Source: Camelus ferus (Eukaryota). From it: a stretch of 64,000 bases of DNA. The notes beneath the pieces are model-generated. The model did no database searches. It was given only the letters and a program-made list of their open reading frames with translations, and was not told the origin of the DNA. The stretch lies in contig NC_045696.1 of the NCBI RefSeq assembly GCF_009834535.1, positions 122,018,001 through 122,082,000 of the forward strand, in the 5' to 3' direction. This document shows positions 39,300-53,137 of the stretch, piece by piece. Numbering within the stretch: the first letter of the stretch is position 1; each line of letters starts with the position of its first letter. The translations under genes and the position numbers were made by a program.

Positions 39300-40760
39300 A
39301 CTTGAAGGCAAACACCTTACTGAGCATAACATTTAATTTCAGTCCCATGCCTATGGATGGAGGAAGCTTAAGTGAAATATGAGCAATTAAATCTCACTGA
39401 CATTGAAAAGTAGTACTAAAACACAACCAAGTTAGGTCTATCCTGAGGTTGAAAGTTTTAGAAAATGTATGAATACAATGTCACACTAATAGAAATAAAA
39501 GTCTATAAATCTGAGGGACAATGAAATGAAATTGTTCGGACACTATCCCCGTATCTCATATCTTACAAAAATTATCAGTACAATCAGATTGGATATTTAC
39601 ATGTGATGGGTAAAACAATAAAAATTTTAGGAAGTAAGATTTCTTAGATATTACACAAATCATTAAAATCTCGTGAAGAATAAGAACATCTACTTATTCA
39701 AAGACGCCACTGAGAGACTGAAAACTAAGAGAGAGAATGGGACAAAATATTTTTAACACTGATAATTAGTGAATAGAGTACTTTAGGAACTCCTACAGAT
39801 GAATAAAATATGTAAATTATATGTATGCATATTTACATATTGTGCTATACATATTATAAAAGCTCTTTAAAGCGTTTTATATATATATACATAAAACAAC
39901 TCAATAAACAATGAACAAAAAAGTTAGATTCTTCACAAAAAAGATATCAAATGCCCAATAAATTTTCAAAGCATTCACTATTATTAATAAATATAGAAAT
40001 AAAAATTAAACCAAAATAGAATTCTACTATGTAGTTGCCAGAGTGGCTGTAATAAAAATGGGTGATGTGCTGAGTGATGCTTGTTCGTACAGAAAAGAGA
40101 AGTTTCATACATGCTCACAGGAGCGTAAGTTAGCACAACCCTTTTGCAAACAATGTGTTATTAATTACTAATATTTAACAAATACATAAACCATGACCAC
40201 AAACTCCACTGATATGTATATAAGTAATTGACATACATATATGCACATATAAATATGTATATATGCATATATACGTATATATACATTTACAAAGGAGAAA
40301 CAAGATACAGGTGCAAGAAAGCTTATAGTAGAATTATTCATGAAAGTCACAAACTAGAAATTGTCTAGATGATGTCCATCATCATTACATTAGATACATA
40401 GTTTTGATATGTTTATACAACTGAAAAGCACACAGTGACGCATTTAGCTAAAGCTAAACTCTCACAAGCATAACATGAATAAAGAAGGCTAGGCAGAGTA
40501 GAAAGCATACTGGAAAATTCCACTCATATGAAGATCAAATGAAGAAAAGGAAAGCTAAATTATAAAAATTCTGGAGAGTCTTCATCTTTGGGAGTAGAGG
40601 ATCGGGGAAAATTCCCGGAAGGGGTATGGAAAGAGCTTCTGGGATGCTGGCGATACTTTCTTTCTTGATCTATGTCCCAGTTATGTGGAGTTTTATGTTA
40701 TGAGAAATCTGTATTCATAACACTAAATGCAATTTAAAAATACGTGAAATTAAAGCACTC
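39300..40760 (+). mobile_element. Ancient L1ME-like 3' fragments
   Basis: Degenerate L1 3' motifs (ttcttcacaaaaaagatatcaaatgcc, gcttctgggatgctgg...tttcttgatct). Confidence 0.6.
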
Positions 40761-40854
40761 CCAAAATTAAAATTAAAATAAAAAACTGGTTTAAAAAATA
40801 ACTTCTATTATATGTGATAGGAAGATGCTCCTCCTTGTTTCTAAATATTCGCTT

Positions 40855-41055
40855 GTATCATTGGTAATCTAATGCGAGCCAACCTCAGGCTCACCGGAGA
40901 ACTTGTTAAAACAGATTGCTGGACCTCATCTCCGAAGTTTGGGTGTCAGTGGGTCTGCATTCTTCGCCTCAAATTGAGAGTTTTCATTTCCAGTTAGTTC
41001 CCAGGTGATGCTGATGCTACAGATGCTGGACCACACATTATAAAGCACCAACCTC
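40855..41055. mobile_element. MER5A-like hAT MITE
   Basis: Reads cttgttaaaacagattgctgg...gttcccaggtgatgctgatgct...ggaccacac. Confidence 0.75.
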
Positions 41056-42569
41056 TGCTATTCTCTTTGAAAGAGACTTCCCTCCTTGTAGTCACTTAAC
41101 TCATCCAGCCCCAGCTAAACCATGTAATAGGTTTTCCTGCCCCCAACCACAACCCCTACCGTTAGAGGGCGCGCTTCTGCGCGTCCACCGTACTTAGAAA
41201 CGCAGGCGTGCTTTTTATCTCTTTGTCTCGGTTTTTAAAATTTCTCCACTTTATACTGGCATTCTTTAGGGCTTATTTTAATCCTTAGAATTATTTTGAT
41301 TTTGCTTGTTGAATAAATAAACAAATCCCACTGAGTTCTCAATTTCCTGTGTGGTTTGAATTTTTTCTTTTGCGTTCCTGTATTTCTTGTCTTCAGTTCT
41401 CCCTTTGTCAACTTTCAGACCAGATTCCTCAGGGCTCCCTTCCTCCTGTATCCTTAAAGAGTAATGAATTGATGAAACTTGTGTCCAGACAGCCTCCTGC
41501 CCTACTAACTCAGACGGAGACTGCAGAGGTTTTTTGGGGGTGTTTGTTTCCCCTCCTATATATGAAATCCTATTCACCTCTTTCCTGGCTGGGGGCACCA
41601 TTCCTTTTGTAAATTGCCAGGAAATTGACAATCAATTGCTCTCCTCTCATTATGCCCCCCAGCGGCTGACTTAATTTTTATTTTCCTTTTCCCCTTTTCT
41701 CATCTAAGCTTGCTCTGAAGACTTTTCTCACAGTCTGTGAATTATCTCATTTTTTTTTCTTTATTCCAGCTTTACTTTCCACAAAAACACTTTCCTAGAA
41801 AATAAATACTTTTCCTGTTTTCTTCACCTTCTGCTTTCAGAACCAACACTTTCCCTTACCACATCCTTTTCCATCTTCTTTCTGGGTCACCAAAACCTGC
41901 TTTTAATATACAATATGAAATAAATACATCCATCCTCTTGTGTTCAAAAAATATGTTTTCTATGTTTAATGAAAAGTCTCTGTTTTATATTTCATCAAAT
42001 CCATCTTTTTATGAATCAGTACACAATTACATTCTTTAGAGGAGAAGCATTAGAGAATATAGCTTAATTTTATAAATGCTTTGGAATTTTGTTTCTACTA
42101 CAGAAATATTCAATTACCCTGGTATTCAGGTGATGTGTTATATATTAATTTAGATGTGTACAGGTAACAGGTAACATCTGTGAATACTGCAGAAATATTA
42201 TGCCTTCAACTACCCTCAGACCTAGAAGCTATTATCAATAAGGGGCAAGGACACTTCCTCTGCCTTTCCAACTTTCAATGCATAGAAACTATCCCTCTAC
42301 ATTTTCTGCTCTAGTATATTTCAGGTCAGGAAAGTAAACCATAAAGTCATAGGTTGTTTTTCTTCTTTGGTGTCTCTATATCTAAGAGTTTTATTCTAAA
42401 CATTTATAATCAATGGGAATTGAATGACTAACATATCTAAATATGCATCTCAGTTACAAAGCTCATTTTTGACCAATTGTCTTGAGCAGCTGCAAAGCCT
42501 TTGGTTGTATAAATATATATTTGATTACAAAGTTAATATTGAATACTGTGGTTACACATTCCTTCATAA

Positions 42570-42910
42570 GGGCAGGAGATTGCCAAGATGGTGGAGTAGA
42601 AGGATGTGAAGTTCACCCTCTCCCACAAATACAGTAAAACTACATCTACCTGTGGAACAAATCTCCCAGAATACCTACTGAACTTCGGCAGAATATCTCT
42701 TACAACCAGAAATACAAGGAAATCCAGATAAACAACCAGATAAACAAGTTTCTACTGTATAGCACATGGAACTAGATTCAGTATCTTGTAGTAGCCTATA
42801 ATAAAAAAGAATATGGAAAGGAATACATGTATGTTCATGTATGACTGAAAAATTATGCTGTACACCAGAAATTGGCACAGCATTGTAAACTGACTCTACT
42901 TCAATTAAAA
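42570..42910 (+). mobile_element. Bipartite mini-L1: ~165 bp of L1 5'UTR fused to ~170 bp of L1 3' end
   Basis: 42580-42739 aligns by eye to the L1 start at 29765-29919 (tctcccacaaataca, tacatctac, aaatacaag). 42740-42910 aligns to the L1 end at 33783-33945 (aacaagtttctactgtatag, tgctgtacaccagaaattg). Confidence 0.88.
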
Positions 42911-45900
42911 AGGGTAGGAAAACATTATTTTGTATATGAATAATAAATAATGACTGGAAAAGTGACATTTCAAAAACCTTGAATTTCAAACTAATTTTGC
43001 CCAATGTATGTTCTCTGTAATCACTGAGGACAAGTTATATGGTTAATTTTAAATATACTTGTGATGGGCAAGTACCTAAGTAAAACAAGTAAATTTTTGA
43101 AACATGGTTTCTGGTTCAAAACTGTGTCCTCTATAGATAGATATTTGTTTTCTTTGTCTTTTGGGAGCACATGAAAACAATGGCAGTGATTTGCTTGTAT
43201 GTTAAGGAATGCCAAAAATCAGAACCATGAGAACAAACAGACCTGAGTAGGTAATTTAAGTCTTTTTGTTTTTCCACAGTTGTCACAGAAAATATTTCTG
43301 CTTTATAACTAGTAGCTTTGCTACCAGTCTGTGTTTTAGAGGCAAAAACAATGACTAATGGGTTTAAATCAAATCTGGTTTGCTTTCTCTTCTCTCTTTC
43401 CTTCTTCCATTAGAAATTTGAACAATGAAGTGAGGTCAGGAGCCTCTTTGATAAAATGCTGGCTTTTCACTTTTCATAAAATGCTGGGTGTGATGGGCAA
43501 GTTCATGGCTAAGGACTATGCTTTTAATTCTCTTTCAGTCTTCACCAAAGTCTGTTCATGGATATGGGTGGTCATCTCAACAGGCATTGAAGAACTTGAG
43601 GCTTTATGACAATACACTTTTCTTTCTGGGATACTGATGGCAGAGATATAAGTAAGATATTTTTATGCCTGAATTCACTCATCAAACTCACGTCATACAA
43701 ACTAGAGATTATAATACAGAGATTTCTTAATAAATTAAGCAGAAATTCTATTTCATTTTATTATTAGTATTTATTATTCATTTAGCTTTTCCCTCCTTAT
43801 AGTAAAACAAAATTTTATTTCCTTGTCTAATTCCTAGGTAAAACACAGCAGTGACTTTGTATTTAGTGGTTATTCTATATGGAAGTTAATCAGTACTTAA
43901 ATTACATTCTTATCTTTAATTGTCAAAATAACATGAGAAAAATGTGACTGTCTTACTCTGGGTCACAGATAATGTGATTCAGTGCCTGTTAGACAGAGCA
44001 GATCAATTCTCCCATGCCACACTCAGGAAGGCACAGTTACCTGAGGGGACTGGCCTGCTGTCACCCACACTTTTCACCTTTTTTTCCCTAAATGATAGCC
44101 ATCCTGACATGTGTGAGGTGATATCTAGCTGTGGTTTTGATTTGCATTTTCCCAATGATTAGTGATGCTGAACATTTTTTTCATTTACTCTCCATGGAGA
44201 ATCTAGGTTTTCTTACCATTTAACTGGTAAGGGAGTGACTTTAATGGAAGGCAATTGTAGTTTTTCCATTTCCCTCCCTCTCTGTACACCAAACATTATA
44301 TTTTTCTTTTGGAAACACTGCTAAACGTATGATTAGATATCCTTACCTACCCCTCAAAGTCTAGGGTATTCACTACTTTCAAATTATATAGAATTCCATT
44401 AAACTGAGAATAAAAATACACCAATCACAAATTTAGTGAGCATTACTACAAAGAAATAGAAAGTAAGTTTACTAAACTGTTTGTGGTGAATAATTTACAA
44501 TATATACATATATCAAATCTTTATGTTGTGCACATGAAAGCTAATATAATTTTATAGTCAATTACATCTCAAAAATGTAGTAAACAGACAAGCAAAGCAG
44601 TTTAATGGTAGAAGTTTACTATAGGCCTCTCAGAAGAAAGGGTAAAGATAGATAAGATTTCCCTAATACAGATGTATACATTGGCCTAGTGGCAAGATAA
44701 ATGATTGCTGAGGGACATGTCTAAATTCAGCTATCTCCATAAAAGCAATGCATTGAATGAGTCCTATTTTTCTTTACTAGCAATTCCAATTCCCAGAAGA
44801 TAGAGAGACTTAATAATCTGAAATTATTTTTGAACACAAAGGGACAAAATGATTGACAATATGGTAACCCCAGGATTAAGAAACTTGACATACTGTTCAG
44901 ATTATTAAACTAAAACCAACAGGATGAAATATAAGAAAAAAATGAATGAAGTCTCCTGGACTTCAGGTTAAATATCTACATAAGTCAACACATGGAGCAC
45001 ATGTAGATTAATAATAGTTTGTGTGAGAAACCCGAATATCATGTAAAAGAGCAAAGTGATTAAAATGCTGACAGGAGCACTAAAGTAGAGTTAGCAGCAA
45101 GCAGCTGCTGGAATTGGTAAAAACTCTGAGTCTACGTCTTATTACTTACTAAGTTCATACCTTATTGTTTCACAGGAGTCAAAATTTTATTTTGTATTTA
45201 TAGCTTCCCGCAGATTCTACTTAGAAACAAAATTTTCCATGGGAAAATATCCTGCTTAATGAGCTACTTATAGGAAGTTCTTTCTGGTTGAATAGATGTC
45301 AGCGTGAGCCAAGGCAATAGCAAAGGTAATCACAGTGGTCAGCTGAGACAAGGTTCCCACCCACCCACCCCTCCCCACTCCCCGGGAAAAGGAGGACAAT
45401 GCAAAGGAGAAAGAAAGGAGAGTGAGGCCGGAGAAAGGAGTTAGGAGCCAGGGACAAATTCTCCAGAGGAGAGGCAAGTGGAAAGTCCAAGGAAGTGAAG
45501 AAATTATACCCAGGTTATCAAATTTATCATAATGCTTGTAATGATATTAACCCCTATAGGTAAGGGTGGTTTATAATGACCTCTTTCATATATCAATAGT
45601 AAGATTATAAATTTGCTTGCCAGGGCTTAAAGGAAATTTCTTAGTGCACATATGTCAAGAATCTTAAAAATATTGATACATGTGATCCAATAGTTTCATG
45701 TCTAAAAATTTATTCTAAATTCAACTATGGAAATAATCAGTGATATAGACAAAGTTTTGTATTTATATTATAGCATTATTTATATATTATTATTTATACA
45801 TATAATATTTATACATTATTATTTATAGTCAGCTGATTTTCCACAATAGTGGAAAAGTCAATTAAATGCACAAAGGACAGTCTTTTCAAAAAAATTTGGT

Positions 45901-46044
45901 TGGGACAATTACATATCAACATGTGAAAAATCATATATGTATATACATTTTAAATGAACATACAACTAGAGTGGTTAAATAAACATACTGACTTAATAGA
46001 ACACTTAAATAGCTATTAAATTTTAATATTACATCAATCACTCC

Positions 46045-46260
46045 TATAGTGTTTATTATGCGTCAGCCACAGCTAGAAACTTGTACATAGAAACTTATAC
46101 TCATTTAAATCTCACATCAACAGATGTTGTATGAAGTAGTAACTGTCGTTAGGCGCACTTCAGAAACAGTGAGGTTAGGTTGGTACCCAAGGTCGCAGGT
46201 GGACCTGGACTGTATGCAAATCCATGCCCCTTCCTCAGTGTCTTCCCTCTTTAACTGTTA
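46045..46260 (-). mobile_element. MIR SINE
   Basis: Contains tcatttaaatctcac...gaggttaggttggtacccaaggtcgcag. Confidence 0.55.
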
Positions 46261-47698
46261 GGAGATGAACTGGTGAACTGGCTACCCCACGGACACCAAA
46301 TTCTCCTTTGCCTTAAACTTCACACATGCCTCCAGGTCTTCAATAACATGAAGACAGCTCTAGAAAATACAGAAAACCCTGCTGCATTCTTGAGAACCCA
46401 GGATCACCAAAGAATTTCTCTTAAATATAATGGGAGTCGGATCAAATTGCTCTAAAGATATCCAAACCTGTCAAATGCATCGGAGACACCTGAATGCATT
46501 GCTAATAAATTCCCCTCTGGAGGCAGCAAGATGGAATTATGGGCTATAAATAAAGGATGTTCTGCACAGACTTCTGGCAATGGTTAATTGGAAGAGAAAT
46601 TCCCTGGGGCCAGCGCAAGGTGCGTGAGCAGAGCGCATTGCTTGAAATTCCAGTTTAACAGCCACTGGTACTTAACACATCGGAGCACAGACTGCCCGGC
46701 CGGATGGACTTTGGGATTCTAAAGCTGGATTTACAAAGTTAAAAGCAAAAAACCAGTGAGGCAGGGTTACATGGATTTTTTTCTTGCTGCCTGGGGGATG
46801 AAGCTGTGCATAGTCAGAGAGAAAGCTAAATACTGAAATCTGACCTCCACCATAGTGGATCCAGTATCCAAAAAAAAAAAAAAAAAAAAAAGTATCAGGT
46901 AATAAAATGTACTTTCTAGCATGCTCACTTCTCTGGCCACAGACTCACTCCTCCACCTGTTAATCTACTTTGGTATAAACAACCTCCCAGTTCACAACCT
47001 AGAAAGACAATGTGGGCACTTGAATAGACAATAAGGGAAGCCGAATCCAAGAGAGTAATTGCATCTTTGTGAGAAATACTGGGGGAGTAAAGACTTCTTT
47101 CTTACATAGAATGAGTTTCCAGAAAATAAGTAAAACCAATTAGCAGTTGATGAAAATTTCCTGGAAAATACATAAAGAAAATAACACTTGATAAGCATAG
47201 AAAAGACATTTTTTAATGATTGTGAGACAATGTTAGCTAATACTGTATGATAGCATTTGTGTTTGCCATGCCAGGCAGGGCTCTACCAGACTTACATGGA
47301 CAGCTGCACTGACCCTCCAGTGCATCAGGCAGCAGCGTCACCCCCGTTATCAATTAGGAAAATGAAGCAAGGAAGTTGAGTCTTTTGTTTAACTCGGCAC
47401 GGCTCTGAATGGCAAACCGCGTGTGTCAGACCCAGGGATCCATCGGCACGTCCTGCTCGTGCTGCTTTTCCCTTGGACCTTCTCAACTTACTGCCTCGAC
47501 TTTCACTGTTCAGAGTCAAACTTCACGAATTTTCTAACTCCACTGCCTCAGATCTGGACTTCCTTTCCACCATCCCAACGATGGACAACATCACTAACAG
47601 TCGTCATACTGCAGCATCCAGTGAAGTCTTTTTGTTTGTTTGTTTTTGTTAATGGACCTGCCAGCAGAGCAGCAATTAAAGTGTGGATTGCGCTCTAC

Positions 47699-50600
47699 TT
47701 TTTTTTTTTTTTTAATTGTGAACACTTAAAACATGAGCTGTCCTGTCTGAACAAAATTTCAAGTATACACTATAATATTATTAAATACAAGCACTATGTT
47801 TTACAACAGATCCCTAGAACTTCTTCCCCTTGCATAATTGAAATTTTATAGTCTTAAAAAAAAAACCACCCATTTCCATCTCCCTCCAGCCTTTGGACAC
47901 CACCATTTTACACTCTGCTTCTCCGAATTTGACTACATTAGGTATGCCATATGTGTGGAATCATACATTACTTGTCATTCCATAACTGGCTCATTTTACT
48001 CAGTGTAATGTCCTCCAGATTCATCCTGGTTGCTGTACATGGCAGGGTTTCCTTCTTTTCAAAGGCTGAGCAATATTCCGATGAAAGTATGTACCACATT
48101 TTCTGTATCCATTCATCTGTGAATGGGCGTTTAGGTTGCTTTCATATCTTGGACACTGCAAATAATTATGCAATGAACATGGGAATGAAAATATCCTTTT
48201 GGGGCTCCTGGCTCCAATTATTTAGGCTATATACTGAGAAGTGGGATTGCTGGGTCATATAGTAATTCTGTTTTTTATATTTTGAGGATCATAGTATTTT
48301 CCATAACAGCCAGGCCATTCTACATTCTCATCAACAGTGTACAAGGTTTCCAGTTTCTCCACAGCCTCTCCAACACTTTTCTTCTGTTCTTTTGATAACA
48401 GCCACCCTAACGAGTATGAAGGGCTGTCTCATTGTCTTCATCTGCATTTCCCTGATGGTTAGTGATGCTGAGCACATTTTCTTACACCTGCTGGCCATGT
48501 GTATGTCCTCTTTGGAAAAATGTCTATCCAAGATTTTGCTCATTTTTAACTGGGTTATTTGTTTTTTGCTATTGAGTTGTAGGAGTTTCTTATATATTTT
48601 GGATATAAACACCTTATCGAATGTAAGTTTGGCAAGTAGATCCTCCCATTCTCTTAGGTTGTCTTTTCATTTTATTCTTTGTGCAGAAGCTTTTAGTTTG
48701 ATACAGTTTCACTTGTGTATTTGGGGGTTTGTTTCCTGTGCTTTTGGTGTCATATGTCGGGAACATTTGCCAAGGCCAGTGTCAGAAAGTTTCTCCTCTA
48801 TGTTTTGTTCCAGGAGGTTTATAGTTTCAGGTCTTGCGTTTAAGTCTTTAATCTATTTTAAGATGATTTTTACTTACAGTGTAAGATAAGGGCCCAGTTT
48901 CATTCTCTGAATGTGGATATTCAGTTTTCCCATCACCCTTTGTTGAAGGGACTATGCTCCCCGCCTTGTGTGTTCTTTCTCCCTTGTTGAAGATCAGTTG
49001 ATTACATAGATGTAGGTTTATTGTCAGTCTGTTTGTTCCATTGATTCATATGGCTATCTTTAAACCAGTAATATAGTTTTGATTACTGTAGTTTTGTAAT
49101 ATATTTAGAAATCAGGAAATACGATGTCTCCAACTTTGTTCTTTCTTAATATTTCTTCAGCTGTTAAGGAGTTTTTCTACTTCTGTAAGCATTTTTGACT
49201 GTCTTCATGTAAAAAATATGAATTTGATGGGAATAGCACTGAATCTGCAGATTGCTTTGGGTATTATGAACATTTTAACACACTAAGTCTTCCAATATAT
49301 GAATATATATTTCTATTTACTTCTGCCTTCTTTTGTTTCTTTCTTCAACATGTTGCAGTTTTCATGGTACAAATCTTTCATCTCCTTGGGTCTAATCCCA
49401 AGTATTTTATTGTCTTTGATGTTAGTGTGAACAGGATTGTTTCTTTAATTTCCTTCTCAGATAGTTCACTGTGTGTATAGCAATCAATTTTTGCATATTG
49501 ATTTCAAATCTTACAATTTTATTGAATTTGTTTATTAGTTCTAACACTTTTTTATGGGGCCTTATGGTTTTCTACATACAAGATCATTTTGTCTGCAAAC
49601 AGGTATATATTGACTCCTTTTTGAATTTGGAATTCTATTTCTTTTTTTCTTTTTTTTCTATTGCTTTGGCTAGAATTTCCAGCACCTTGTTGCACAGAAG
49701 TGGTGAGAGGGAGCATCTGTAACTTGCTTTTGATCATGAGACAGTCTTTAATTTTTCTTCTTTGAGTCTGACGTTAGCTTCGGGCTTGTCTTCTATTTCC
49801 TTTACCACACTGAGGCACATGCCTTGTATCCCTAGTTTGTTAAGCGTTCTTATCATAAAGGAGAGTTGAATTTTGGCAAATGCTTTTTTCTGCATCTGTT
49901 GAGAAAATCATGGGGTTTTTCTCTCTTATTCTGTTAATGTGGTGTATCACATTACTGACTGTATTTGTTGAACCATGCCTACATTCAAGGGGGATAAACC
50001 CCATTTGATTATGGTGTATAAGCCTGTTGACCTCGATGGACTAGTATTTTGTTGATAAATTTTGCATGTATGTTCATCAGGGATATTGACATTCTTCTCT
50101 TGTAACACATTTGCCTGGCTTTGGTATGTGGGTAACCCTGACCTGGTAAAATAGTTTGGAACTATTCTTTCTCCTTCAATTCACTGCAGGAGTTTGAGAA
50201 GGAGTGGCAGTAATTCTTTTTTTTAAATGCTTGCTAGAATTAACCAGTGAAGACATGTGGTCCTGGGACTTTCTGTTTTTGGAGGCTTTTGATTACTGAT
50301 TAAATCTCTGTACTGGTAATTAGTCTGTTTAAATTTTATATTTCTTCAGTATTCAGTCTTCGTAGGTTGTATATTTCTAGGAATTAATCCATTACTTTAA
50401 GGCTATGTAAGTTGTTGGCATATAGTTGTTTATACTATTCTCTTTTGATCCCTTTTTATTTCTGTGATATCAGTTGTAGTCTGTTTTTATTTATTTGAGT
50501 CTTCTCTATTTTTTCTTAGTCTAACTTACATCTGTCAATTTTTATTTTTCAGAAAACCAACACTTATTTTGATTTTTTGAAATATCTTTCTATGCTTTGT

Positions 50601-53137
50601 TTATTTTTGCTTTAAGTTTTATTATTTCCTTTCTTAATTTTTGGCTTAGGTTATTCTTCTAATTCAATAAGGTGTAAACTTAGGTGGTTTATTTGAGGTC
50701 TTTCTTCATCTCTGATGTAGGTGTTTATCAATATAATGTTCCCTCTGAGTAATACCTCTGATGGATCCCATAAGTTTTGGTATGTTGCATTTTCATTTTC
50801 ATTTATGCTGACATTTTCTGATTTCCCTTTTGAACTTTTCTTGGCTCCATTGTTTGGTAAGGAGCATGATGCTTAATGTCCACATATTTGTGAATTTCCC
50901 AGTTTTCCTTCTGTTGTAGATTTCTAGTTTCATTTCTCTGTGGTCAGAAAATATATTTACAATAGCAAGATTTCAATCTTTTAAAATGTTTGTGACCTAA
51001 CATGTGATCTTTCCTGGAGAAAATTGTGTTTGTTTTTGAGAAGAATGTGTATTCTATTGTTTTGGGGTGGGATGCACTATATATGTCTGATAGGTCCATT
51101 TGATATACATAGCATTATTTGAGTGCACTGTTTCATTATTAATTTTCTTTATGGATGTTCTGTTCATTATTGAGAGCGAGTTATTGATGTCTTTTACTAT
51201 TATTATATTGGTGTTAATTTCTCCCTTCAGCTCTATTGATGTTTGCCTTGTGTTTCTAGGTATTCTAATGTCAATTGTCCAGGACTGAATCTTCTTTCAT
51301 TTTACAATGTCCTTCTCTGTCTCTTCTGATAGATTCTGACATACATTCTATTTTGCCTGATGTAAGTAATGGCACTCCTGCTCTCTTTTGTTATTTGTTA
51401 TATTATTTTCCATTCAGCCACTTTATTAATTTGATTAAGGAGTTCAGTTTATATGCTTTTTTATGTATATTTTCTTTGTGATTACCATGAGGCTTACATA
51501 AGGATCTTATAATTATAACAATCTATATACCCTTTATCTTTTAACTTTTATACTAAAATTAAAAGGAGTCTACACACCAATGTTACAATCGTTGTACTTG
51601 TCTGTATATTTACCTTTATCAGTGAATTTTCTGATTTCATACTATGCTTTCTTTTTGCTGTTTATCAACTTTAAGCACTCCCTTTAGTATTTCTTTAAAG
51701 CAGTTCTAGTGGTAATGAACTCCCTCCACTTTGTTCATCTAAAAAAGTATTTTCTTCTCTTTTATTTTTGGTGTACAGCTTTGCCAGGTATAGCATTCTT
51801 GTTTCATAATTTTTTTCCCCAGTACTTTGGATATACTATTTCAATCTCTCTGGCCTGCAAGCTTTCTGCTAAGAAATGGATTGATCACCTTAAGAGGACT
51901 TCCTCCTACATGGTGGGTGATTTTTCTCTGAGTGATTTTGACTTTTGACAATTTGGTTATCATGTCTCAGCATAGACACCTTCTGTTTCATTTATGGGCT
52001 ACTTTGGACTTCATGAGTCTGGGATCTACCGCCTTCCAAAGATCTGGGAAGTTTAGGGGCACTGCTTTTTTAAGCTTTCTGCAACTTTCTCACTTTTCCC
52101 CTTATGGGACTCCCATACTCTGTGTGTTGTTCATTTGAGGTGTCTCATCTTCAGCTTCCTTTACTCTTTCATTCTTTTTTTTTTTTCTTTTTGCTTCTCT
52201 AAATAATTTCAAATGACTTGTGTTGAAGTTCACCAATTCCTTCTTTGCTTGATCAAATCTGATTCTGAAGCTCTCTATTGAATTTTTAGTTGTATTCTCC
52301 AGCTCCAAAATGTATTTACTTCCATTCTTTCTCTCACTCTCTTTTTTTTTCCTTCTTTTTTCTTTTTTAATGCCTTCTTTCTCTTTCTTGATATTCACAT
52401 TTTTAATGTATCATTTCCCTGATTTTGTTTAGTTGTGTATATGTGTTATTTTGTAACTCATAAAAGCATCTTTAAGATGTAGCTTCTTGAAGATGATTAG
52501 TTTGAACTCTTTTTTTTGGAAATTCATAAATCTCCATTTCTTTAGTCTTGGTCGCTAGAGATTTGTTTTCTGGTTGGGTCATATTTCTTTATTCTCCATG
52601 TTTCTTGCAGTTTTCCATTTGTGTCTGCGTACTTGTAGAAACAGACGCCTCCCCCAGCATTTACAGACTGGCTTTCACAGGGAAAGGGCCTCACCAGGCA
52701 GCCAGCTAGAGTCTCAGGCTTTTTCATGGATGTGCACATCCCCCTTCTCTCTCTCCGTCCTGGGCTGTGCGCCTTCTTCCATTTGTGCACAGCTGCCACC
52801 ACTTTCCCTGCGGCCAGTGTGCTGAAAGGCCGAGGGTGTTGGGTGCAGGCTCCACTCTCTTTCTCCTGAGGGAGAAACCATGAGTCAAGCTGCGCCCTCT
52901 TGGTGCCGAACTGTGCCTGCTTGGGGGAGGGACTCCTGGGGGTGAAGTGAAGTTATGTCCTTGCCTGTTTCACCTGGCTGTCACTAGCTCTGTGCTCATC
53001 ACCATGCTACAACTTACTGACTCGGATGTGGAGGTTTCATAAAGCTATTTTCACCCGTGTGCTGTTTCTAAATCAGCGTTGCTATTAGGGGACGAGTTGG
53101 GACTTCCCACTCTGCCAGCTCTCTGAAGTCACTCCCC
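47699..53137 (-). mobile_element. Near full-length old L1 (L1MA9/L1M2-like), decayed
   Basis: It has a poly(T) 3' end at 47699 and an ORF2 C-terminal remnant (LDRHFSKEDIHMA, 48331-48612). RT-region homology (LFADKMILYVEN) lies at ~49570, an ORF1 remnant at ~52100-52400, and a GC-richer 5'UTR at 52600-53137. Confidence 0.88.

Noticed and set aside
41155..41210. Small CpG cluster (gggcgcgcttctgcgcg)
   Set aside because: It is too short for an island and lies beside or within degenerate repeat sequence.
48392..48889. 165-aa hydrophobic ORF (similarly 32610-33098 and 60514-60924)
   Set aside because: These are antisense translations of L1 ORF2, a common artefact.
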